NCBI GenBank assembly: GCA_022446905.1
Contig: JAKVBT010000008.1
Coordinates: forward strand, 94,748 to 158,747
Length of the DNA: 64,000 nucleotides
Source: Phycisphaerales bacterium
GTDB taxonomy: Bacteria; Planctomycetota; Phycisphaerae; Phycisphaerales; SM1A02
Direction: 5' to 3'
The notes beneath the pieces were generated by a model that did no database searches, was not told the origin of the DNA, and saw only the letters and a program-made list of their open reading frames with translations. The first letter of the stretch is position 1. Each line of letters starts with the position of its first letter. Below are positions 36,585 to 43,923 of this stretch, one piece after another. The position numbers and the translations under genes are program-made.

Positions 36585-37030
36585 GAGGAGCGATCTCGCA
36601 TGGCCGCCAACTGCACATGTACTGGCCCAGACAACCCTGCTAACCGACCGGCGCGTCGCGCTGCATCCAACACTGGACCAACCTGAGACCAAGGTGTTGC
36701 TCGACCAGCCCGAATCTGAACAGCGATATCTGGATGCTTTCGAAGCAACACCGCAAGTGCCTTTTGAAGTTCAAGCACTGCATGATCCCCCTGCCATTGT
36801 CGGCCATCTAGTTTCAGCAGGAGATCTTGTTCGCCCATGATGTTGACAATCGCACGGGGTCCTGGCTCCGCTGTTCGAGAAGCCGCGGGGACAGGTGTGG
36901 GCAAATCCAGTCGCGGCCGATCTTCATCAACGATTCTCGACACAAGTACAAAGAAGACGATGAGCAGAAACACCACATCGATCAGTGGCGTCATGTCCGA
37001 GGCAATTCCATGGATACTCCGCCGCCGCAT
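36581..37030 (-). CDS. exbD: biopolymer transporter ExbD/TolR family (copy 1)
   Basis: MRRRSIHGIASDMTPLIDVVFLLIVFFVLV. Its ATG shares one base with the exbB stop codon (TGATG). Confidence 0.8.
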   Translation of the reverse strand: MRRRSIHGIASDMTPLIDVVFLLIVFFVLVSRIVDEDRPRLDLPTPVPAASRTAEPGPRAIVNIMGEQDLLLKLDGRQWQGDHAVLELQKALAVLLRKHPDIAVQIRAGRATPWSQVGPVLDAARRAGRLAGLSGPVHVQLAAMRDRSS

Positions 37031-37779
37031 CAGTGATCAGTGGCCTCTTCGAGCCTAGCCTTGCCAGGACGAAATCGTGACAGAAGATCTTCTGCAACGA
37101 GTGTTGCTTCGGCGGTCAGCGCATCGATCCGGCCCCGCAATAAGGCTGCTACAGCCAAGGATGGAATTGCGACTACCAACCCCCAGAAGGTGGTGGTCAA
37201 GGCCGTGCCGATACCTCCAGCCAACATCACCGGGTCCGCAGCACCTCCAGATGCGACAATTGCTGAGAAAGCCATGATCATGCCATACACGGTTCCAAAT
37301 AAGCCAATCATGGGGCTGACCTGGCCAATGATGTTGAGCACGTCGATTCGTCGCAGTCGAGAGACCGCATGTTCTTCGCTCGATTGCTCAAGGGTGCGCA
37401 GCACGGCATCCCAACCATGAGGGGACTGACGAAGCGCATCGGCCATAATTTGACCAAGAAAAGAATCACTGGCACTGGCCGATGCAATGGCTTGCTGAAA
37501 TTTTTTGGCTGCAATGTCTTTGCGAATGGACTCCGCAACCTCATCAGGCATGATCATCTCACGGCGATTCTGCATTGCCATGGAGATAGCCATCGCCATC
37601 GCAGTCATCGACAAAGCAAGCAAGAACCATGTCACTCCTGTGCCTAGCACTTCAATGTCGCCACTGGCATTTCGCGACACAAAAAAGGCCGATGCAAAAC
37701 TCCGGGCTTCTGCAGATACCGCCGCAGGAACGGCTGCTAGTTGGGTCATCCAAAACGCACTTCCACTAAACAGCATCAT
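37030..37779 (-). CDS. exbB: MotA/TolQ/ExbB proton-channel protein
   Basis: 3 TM segments and the conserved C-terminal core SPMIGLFGTVYGMIMAF...GIGTALTTTFWGLVVAIP. Confidence 0.85.
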   Translation of the reverse strand: MMLFSGSAFWMTQLAAVPAAVSAEARSFASAFFVSRNASGDIEVLGTGVTWFLLALSMTAMAMAISMAMQNRREMIMPDEVAESIRKDIAAKKFQQAIASASASDSFLGQIMADALRQSPHGWDAVLRTLEQSSEEHAVSRLRRIDVLNIIGQVSPMIGLFGTVYGMIMAFSAIVASGGAADPVMLAGGIGTALTTTFWGLVVAIPSLAVAALLRGRIDALTAEATLVAEDLLSRFRPGKARLEEATDH

Positions 37780-38699
37780 CGTTCAAGTTCCTCCAAAGTC
37801 ACGGTGCGCATGGAACCACCTCCATGCGTTGCGGCAATCGATTCCATCAACGGGGCAGGATCTTCGCCCCCACTGACCAGTCGGATGCACTCGATTCGGA
37901 CAGGCCGCGTCCCAGTGAGTGGATCCACTGGATTAAACTGGTCCAATGCCCGCATAACTACTGCACGGTCTACCTCCCAGTGCCCACGGCCATTCAGTCC
38001 TTCACTCATCAAAAGCACCAAGTCCGGCTTTAGTTGAATCGCCGCTTCCAAGGCCTGCCTTGGATCTGATCCTCGTCCTCGCTGCATGCGGCGACCTGCG
38101 TCACGACGAAGTGCCTTGGTCGCGGCAGTGACCGACGCAGCAGTGACATCTGTCAGACGTCTTGGAGTTGTTGCATGCACTGCATCACCCGCAAAATAGC
38201 GCACAGCAAAGCGCTGGTCCGGATGCATCGATGTCAAGGTCCGCTCAACCTCGTCGATGACAAAGGGAAGCCATGCAATCATGCTGCCGCTCGCGTCGAG
38301 CACAAACACGACGTCACGTGCAGCCCCCAACGGTGTCCCCGCAAAGGTGGCACTGGGTGGGGATTCAGGCATGGAACGGGTCTGCAGTGCCGGCGCCGAA
38401 ATCGGCGTGGGTGGCGGCAATGGCTCTAACGCAGGCATCGATGGCGGCGTTGGCGGCAATGAGCTTTCTTTCTGTATCGGCAGATCATAAAGAGGCACAA
38501 CTGGTGTCATCGTAATGATGTCCGAGGTCACCAATGGTGATGCCAATCGCTCATCTTCTGTCAGGATGGACCAGGTCACGATCAAGCCAAACGTAATCAC
38601 AATGGCATGAAACAGAATTGACAACGTCCATGGTCCCGCGCGGTGAACCAAGGTGCGAAGACGAACACGTGCCGGATTGGCGGCTCGGGACGACACCAC
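37776..38699 (-). CDS. TonB-like N-terminal anchor plus Pro-rich spacer fused to a von Willebrand factor A (VWA) domain
   Basis: GPWTLSILFHAIVITFGLIV (SxxxH), SLPPTPPSMPALEPLPPPTPISAPAL, and MIDAS VVFVLDASGSM. The ATG-initiated ORF extends to 38828 but would overlap the upstream doxX-like gene by 74 nt. In-frame GTG codons at 38699 and 38696 avoid this overlap. The start is uncertain. Confidence 0.7.
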   Translation of the reverse strand: MVSSRAANPARVRLRTLVHRAGPWTLSILFHAIVITFGLIVTWSILTEDERLASPLVTSDIITMTPVVPLYDLPIQKESSLPPTPPSMPALEPLPPPTPISAPALQTRSMPESPPSATFAGTPLGAARDVVFVLDASGSMIAWLPFVIDEVERTLTSMHPDQRFAVRYFAGDAVHATTPRRLTDVTAASVTAATKALRRDAGRRMQRGRGSDPRQALEAAIQLKPDLVLLMSEGLNGRGHWEVDRAVVMRALDQFNPVDPLTGTRPVRIECIRLVSGGEDPAPLMESIAATHGGGSMRTVTLEELER

Positions 38700-38754
38700 A
38701 AGCAGAGGATACGTCCGCCTCCGACCTGCGCGTCGCGTAGGCCCAAATGGCCGG

Positions 38755-39471
38755 TCAGTTCGTTGCAGCAAGCTCCGCTGTGGCGGCACCCTTGCTCGCC
38801 CGGTCTCGTGGCCAGAGCACACGATCAACCGCCAGTGGCCCTGGCCCGGTCAACAGAAGACCAAACGCCAGCACGCAGGACATGGCAAAGAACATCATCT
38901 GCTCAAAGGCTGCTCCTTGGGCGGCCCACTGGAACGGACTCATGTCAAACATGCCTGCGGCTTTGATGCTGGTGAGCCAAAAACTGGTGCCAAGCATGAT
39001 CAGCATCAACAGCGACCAGAATCTTGTCAAAAGCCCAATGAGCACCGCCACCCCACCGAGTAACTGGGCTACGGCCGCAGCCCATGCTGTCGGGCGAGAC
39101 CAGCCTTCAAAACCTGCTTTTCGCAATCGCAGTGCAATGGACATGGCTGCGGCTCGACGTGTCGCAGGGGAAGCAGTTGCTGACTCTGTAGGGGAAGTGA
39201 CAGTTTGGGACACCGCTGCCTTGGCTGCCTCATGAATAGACGCTGGTGAGGCTGAAGCATTAGCCGCCTCAGAGGCAGGAGCCGGATCCTCAGTCAGCAA
39301 GGCCACAGGGGTAGCGGCCACAGCATCTCCTTCGAGCATACGGATCTGCTCTGGCGTGAAATCAATCTGCTGAAAGCAGAGATGCCATCCGGAAAAAAAG
39401 AAGGCCGCCGCCAAGACCAGGCGGGATAGAAAGGGCATGAATGAGGTTCCAGCACATGTAGCAAGTGACAT
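38755..39471 (-). CDS. DoxX-family membrane protein with an internal Ala/Ser-rich linker
   Basis: MPFLSRLVLAAAFFFSGWH..., LLGGVAVLIGLLTRFWSLLMLIML, LTGPGPLAVD. Start at 39471 or 39438. The longest ORF (to 39630) runs into the tRNA gene and is rejected. Confidence 0.5.
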   Translation of the reverse strand: MSLATCAGTSFMPFLSRLVLAAAFFFSGWHLCFQQIDFTPEQIRMLEGDAVAATPVALLTEDPAPASEAANASASPASIHEAAKAAVSQTVTSPTESATASPATRRAAAMSIALRLRKAGFEGWSRPTAWAAAVAQLLGGVAVLIGLLTRFWSLLMLIMLGTSFWLTSIKAAGMFDMSPFQWAAQGAAFEQMMFFAMSCVLAFGLLLTGPGPLAVDRVLWPRDRASKGAATAELAATN

Positions 39472-39578
39472 TGAGCGATCTCCATACTCCAGCCAGTCGT
39501 CCCTCAAACCGTGTTCGTGCGAACGGACGTGCCGGTTTTCCCTCCTGGCGTGTACGCTGCTGTTCCAACGAGTCCACG

Positions 39579-39660
39579 GCGGGCGTGGCGGAATTGGCAG
39601 ACGCGCTGGTTTTAGGTACCAGTGGGGCAACCCGTGGAGGTTCGAGTCCTCCCGTCCGCA
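39579..39660 (+). tRNA. tRNA-Leu (anticodon UAG)
   Basis: Hand-folded. Acceptor stem GCGGGCG/CGTCCGC (one G-U pair); 3-bp D stem; anticodon stem CTGGT/ACCAG with loop TTTAGGT; long variable arm TGGGGCAACCCGT; T arm GGAGG-TTCGAGT-CCTCC; discriminator A. No encoded CCA. Confidence 0.9.
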
Positions 39661-39720
39661 TTGTACCGTGAGGCCCTCCTGTTCAGATCTCGAACTGAAC
39701 CGAAGTACGGTGAATCACAT

Positions 39721-41073
39721 ATGAATGACTGGAAACCAGAGAGTTGGACTGCACGAACTGCGCTTCATCAACCGACCTATCCGGATCAGGAGCAGTTGTC
39801 TGAAGCAATCGGCGAATTGGCCCAACTCCCTCCCCTGGTCACTAGTTCAGAAATCGAGAGCCTGAAAGCTGAACTGGCCCAGGCAGCTGTCGGCGAACGC
39901 TTTCTTCTTCAAGGGGGCGATTGCGCCGAATCGTTTGCTGAGTGCGCTTCATCGGTGATCACCAATAAACTCAAGATCCTGCTGCAGATGTCTCTCGTCT
40001 TGGTACAGGGCACACAGCGGCGGGTGATTCGTGTTGGTCGATTTGCTGGGCAGTATGCCAAGCCACGAAGCACCGAAGATGAAACACGTGATGGCGTCGC
40101 GCTGCCAAGCTATTTCGGTGACATCGTGAACCGTCCTGCATTCGACGAACGGTCCCGCCGCCCCGATCCATGGCGCATGATGCGCGGCTACGAGCGATCG
40201 GCGCTGACCCTCAATTTTATTCGCGCCCTGATCGATGGTGGGTTCGCCGATCTTCACCACCCCGAGTACTGGGAATTGGATTTCGTCAAACACTCCCCAA
40301 GGGCAAAGGAGTACTACGAGACTGTGCGCAAGATCGGCGAGTCGGTTCGATTTATGGAAACGCTGACTGGGATTTCTGTCGCAGACCTCTCTCGTGTGAA
40401 CTTCTACACCAGCCATGAGGGCTTGTTGCTGCCCTATGAACAGGCGATGACCCGCCAAGTGCCACGCAGGAATGGCTGGTACAACCTATCTACCCATTTC
40501 CCGTGGATCGGCATGCGCACCGCTGGGCTCGATGATGCACATGTTGAGTTCTTTCGCGGCATTCGCAATCCAATCGCTGTCAAAATTGGGCCATCGATCG
40601 AGCCTGCGATGCTGCCTGAATTCGTTAGCCGAATCGTCGATGCATTGCACCCAGATGATGAGCCTGGTCGCCTGACTTTCATCCACCGCTACGGCGCTTC
40701 GAAGGTTGCAGAACACCTTCCTGCTCTGATTAAAGCGGTGCAAGCCACCGGACGCACAGTTCTGATGGTCTGTGATCCAATGCATGGCAATACACGCAAC
40801 ACCGCGTCGGGGATCAAGACCCGAAGTTTCGAAGACATCTTGCACGAACTCGAAAATTCCATATCAATTCATGCTGAGTGCGGATCACACCTTGGCGGAG
40901 TGCACTTTGAATTGACCGGCGATAACGTCACTGAGTGCACCGGTGGCGCGCGTGGACTGACAGATGATGATCTGCAGGATGGATACCGTTCGCTCGTCGA
41001 TCCGCGCCTCAACTATGAACAGGCGCTCGAAATGGCGATGTTGATCGCAAATCGACTCGTTCCGTCATCCTAG
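39721..41073 (+). CDS. class II (plant/actinobacterial type) 3-deoxy-7-phosphoheptulonate synthase
   Basis: About 450 aa. N-terminus WKPESWTARTALHQPTYPD, then LLQGGDCAESF, RFAGQYAKPRS, CDPMHGN, GGVHFELTG. Confidence 0.9.
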   Translation: MNDWKPESWTARTALHQPTYPDQEQLSEAIGELAQLPPLVTSSEIESLKAELAQAAVGERFLLQGGDCAESFAECASSVITNKLKILLQMSLVLVQGTQRRVIRVGRFAGQYAKPRSTEDETRDGVALPSYFGDIVNRPAFDERSRRPDPWRMMRGYERSALTLNFIRALIDGGFADLHHPEYWELDFVKHSPRAKEYYETVRKIGESVRFMETLTGISVADLSRVNFYTSHEGLLLPYEQAMTRQVPRRNGWYNLSTHFPWIGMRTAGLDDAHVEFFRGIRNPIAVKIGPSIEPAMLPEFVSRIVDALHPDDEPGRLTFIHRYGASKVAEHLPALIKAVQATGRTVLMVCDPMHGNTRNTASGIKTRSFEDILHELENSISIHAECGSHLGGVHFELTGDNVTECTGGARGLTDDDLQDGYRSLVDPRLNYEQALEMAMLIANRLVPSS

Positions 41074-41241
41074 AGATTCTCAGTTTCAGGACGCCTCCTC
41101 ACCCTCCAGGCTGCACGGCCAAACCAGCTCCAGCGAAGCACATGCGCGACGCAATCGCGAAAATCTCGCACTACCGCGCCAGATGAGCCTTCATGCCGTC
41201 ATTGAGCCGAAAACCAACAGCAATCGGTACAATTCCGCCCC

Positions 41242-42501
41242 ATGTGCCGCGAGGTCGCCATCACAGGGATTGGACCAATCAATGCGCTCGGCCTAGGCAT
41301 CGAGCCACTCTGGAATGCGCTTGCATCCGGATCCACGGGCATCCGCCCACTCGAAGCCTACGACGCCACAGCGTGGGGTTCGCCGTTTGGAGGCGAACTA
41401 CCTGCAGACGCATTCTCAATTCGCAAGGTGGTCCCCAAATCTCATCGCAAAGCAACCAAAGTGATGTGTCGCGATATCGAGTTGGCGGTCGCCGCTGCCA
41501 TGGCAGCAGTTGAACAGGCCGGCATGACAACGGCTGCAGCAGGTGATAGTGAACCCACCATCACACCCGACCGGGTCGGATGCCATATTGGTGCCGGATT
41601 GATCTGCGCCGATGTCAACGAACTCGGCGCCGCTTTGGTGACTAGCCGCAGCGATGAGGGCACCTTCGATCTCCATGATTGGGGGCGAGCGGGCATGGAG
41701 AACCTGACGCCATTGTGGCTACTGAAATACCTGCCCAACATGCTCGCGTGCCATGTAACCATCGTGCACGACTGCCAAGGACCGAGCAATACCATCACAT
41801 GCTGGGAGTCAAGTGCTCCCCTCTCATTGGCTGAGTCCATGCGTGTGATTCAGCGTGGTGCTGCTGATGCCTGTTTGACTGGTGGGGTGGAAAGTCGGCT
41901 CAATGTGCTCGCCACCTGGCGGCAACAATGCGCTGGACGATTGGCTACTGCTACGCTTGAGGATGATCCTTCCAGCATCGTGAAACCATTTGCATCAGAT
42001 GCCACCGGCACCATTCTTGGTGAGGGTGGCGGCATTTTGATCGTTGAAGAACGCCAAAATGCCCAGCAGCGTGGTGCCCACATTCGGGCATTGATCTCAG
42101 CGGCAGCGTGTACTCAGAGCATCGATGATGATTGCCTGCTCCATGCATCTGGCGAGTCTATTGCCGATGCCATAGAACTGGCCCTTGAGCGCGCAAACTT
42201 GCAACCACATGACATCGATGCCGTAGTTCCCATGGGCCTTGGTATCCCAGGCATCGATGCCGGCGAAGCAGAAGCCATGAGCATGGTCTTTGGCGATAAC
42301 CAGCCGGAACGCATCCTGCTAACGCCAGTAACCGGAAACTGCTGTGCGGGACATGGCGCCACCCAGTTATGTGTTGCAGCTCACAGTATTGATGTTGGCT
42401 CACTTCCAAACGGCGGACCGGCTCCCACACATGTACTCGTGATCACTGCAAGTCAGGGCGGCCAGAACACTGCCACCATTCTGTCGAGGGCCGACTCATG
42501 A
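41242..42501 (+). CDS. beta-ketoacyl synthase-like protein lacking the His-His (and Lys) catalytic residues
   Basis: Thiolase-fold KS layout (EVAITGIGPINALG..., NTITCWESSA, AADACLTGGVE). By-eye alignment shows VVPMGLGIP where AHGTxT is expected, and TPVTGNCCAGHG where KSxxGH is expected. Confidence 0.7.
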   Translation: MCREVAITGIGPINALGLGIEPLWNALASGSTGIRPLEAYDATAWGSPFGGELPADAFSIRKVVPKSHRKATKVMCRDIELAVAAAMAAVEQAGMTTAAAGDSEPTITPDRVGCHIGAGLICADVNELGAALVTSRSDEGTFDLHDWGRAGMENLTPLWLLKYLPNMLACHVTIVHDCQGPSNTITCWESSAPLSLAESMRVIQRGAADACLTGGVESRLNVLATWRQQCAGRLATATLEDDPSSIVKPFASDATGTILGEGGGILIVEERQNAQQRGAHIRALISAAACTQSIDDDCLLHASGESIADAIELALERANLQPHDIDAVVPMGLGIPGIDAGEAEAMSMVFGDNQPERILLTPVTGNCCAGHGATQLCVAAHSIDVGSLPNGGPAPTHVLVITASQGGQNTATILSRADS

Positions 42502-43805
42502 GCACTCGCCGGATTGTCATTACAGGCGCAGGTTGGATTACCCCACTCGGACACGATATTGACTCTGTGTGGCAAAAACTCGTGGCTGGCGAAACCAATG
42601 TGGCAGCGATTGATCGATTCGATGCATCGACCTTTCCAACGACTTTTGCCAACCAAGTTCGCGATTACGACTGGCGGGAGTATGTAGATAGTGCAGCTCG
42701 ACACGGGGCGCCCGGAATGCACACCGCCTTTGCACTCGGAGCCGCTCGTCAAGCATGGGAGTCCGCCGGACTTGGAGATCTACAAGGCTTGGACCGCCGC
42801 CGATGCGGCCTGTACCTCGGATCTGGTGAAGGCGTTCTTGACTTTGACTCCTATTCACGCACCAGCTTGTCTGCATGGCGGAACGAGTCCAGCGATATTG
42901 ATGACGCAGCATGGATGCAGGCGGCGAGCAACTACATCGCCTGCAACTATGAGGTGGCACAGGAGCCCAATGAGCCAATCTCGCATATTGCACGGGAGTT
43001 TGGACTGCGTGGACCAGCGTTTAACTGCCTGACTGCCTGTGCAGCAAGTACGCAGGCCATTGGGGAAGCCAGTGACATCATCCGACGCGGCGATGCCGAC
43101 GTCATGGTAAGTGGCGGAACACACACCATGCTGCATGTGCTAGGCATCACTGGTTTCAATCGACTGACGGCATTATCAACCCGAAGTGATGACTACCGCC
43201 ACGCTTCACAACCGTTCTCGCGAACGCGTGACGGTTTTGTAATGGGCGAAGGATCTGGAGTCCTAATTCTTGAATCACTCGACCATGCGATTGCACGCGG
43301 CGCGACCATTCATGCCGAGATCACCGGCTATGGATCCAGTGCAGATGCCTATCGCATTACAGATATTCATCCTGAAGGTCGCGGCCCAGCATCAGCGATG
43401 TATCGGGCCTTGGCAGAAGCAGGGATTGACCCCACCGCCTCAGGCGAACGTCCTCCTGTGCAGTACATATCAGCCCATGGAACTGGAACTCAAGAGAACG
43501 ACTCCATCGAAACCCGTGCTGTCAAGTTGGTTTTTGGCGATAACGCCCCCCGCATCCCAATGACCAGCATCAAGTCAATGATGGGTCACCTCATCTGTGC
43601 TGCCGGGGCGGTTGAACTGATCGCCAGTCTGCTCATCATGCAACGAGGCATGATCCCTCCAACCATCAATCTAACTGAACCTGATCCGGAACTGGATCTG
43701 GATTATGTGCCCAACAAGGCCCGCAAAGCTGATGTCGACACATGCCTGAGCAATTCATTTGGCTTCGGTGGCCAAAATGACACCCTCATCGTCCAGCGTC
43801 CGTGA
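42498..43805 (+). CDS. fabF: beta-ketoacyl-ACP synthase II
   Basis: RIVITGAGWITPLG, active-site Cys in FNCLTACAASTQAIG, ISAHGTGTQEND, SIKSMMGHLICAAGAVE, SFGFGGQND. ATGA overlap with the upstream KS-like gene. Confidence 0.88.
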   Translation: MSTRRIVITGAGWITPLGHDIDSVWQKLVAGETNVAAIDRFDASTFPTTFANQVRDYDWREYVDSAARHGAPGMHTAFALGAARQAWESAGLGDLQGLDRRRCGLYLGSGEGVLDFDSYSRTSLSAWRNESSDIDDAAWMQAASNYIACNYEVAQEPNEPISHIAREFGLRGPAFNCLTACAASTQAIGEASDIIRRGDADVMVSGGTHTMLHVLGITGFNRLTALSTRSDDYRHASQPFSRTRDGFVMGEGSGVLILESLDHAIARGATIHAEITGYGSSADAYRITDIHPEGRGPASAMYRALAEAGIDPTASGERPPVQYISAHGTGTQENDSIETRAVKLVFGDNAPRIPMTSIKSMMGHLICAAGAVELIASLLIMQRGMIPPTINLTEPDPELDLDYVPNKARKADVDTCLSNSFGFGGQNDTLIVQRP

Positions 43806-43923
43806 ACTGCTATTCACCCCCCTTTGACGGGCCTGTTGAAGGTGGTTTTTTGTCCGCCGCAACATGCCTCAGACAGTAAACTCGTGCTGTTGGGGAGTTG
43901 GTGCTCAGAGCACTGTTATTCAA

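Noticed and set aside
39472-39630. N-terminal extension of the DoxX-like ORF (longest ORF 38755-39630)
   Set aside because: It overlaps the hand-folded tRNA-Leu gene (39579-39660) on the opposite strand, and its composition is Pro/Arg/His-rich.
39579-39660. tRNA-Leu as an integration site for a genomic island
   Set aside because: I noticed no integrase, no direct repeat of the tRNA 3' end and no compositional break on either side. The flanking genes are housekeeping.
39622-39720. Upstream extension of the DAHP synthase ORF
   Set aside because: It starts inside the tRNA-Leu gene. The conserved class II DAHPS N-terminus begins at MNDWKPESW (39721).
43806-43923. Possible terminator after fabF (GGTGGTTTTTTG at about 43843-43854)
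   Set aside because: A T-run is present, but I could not find a convincing GC-rich stem preceding it.
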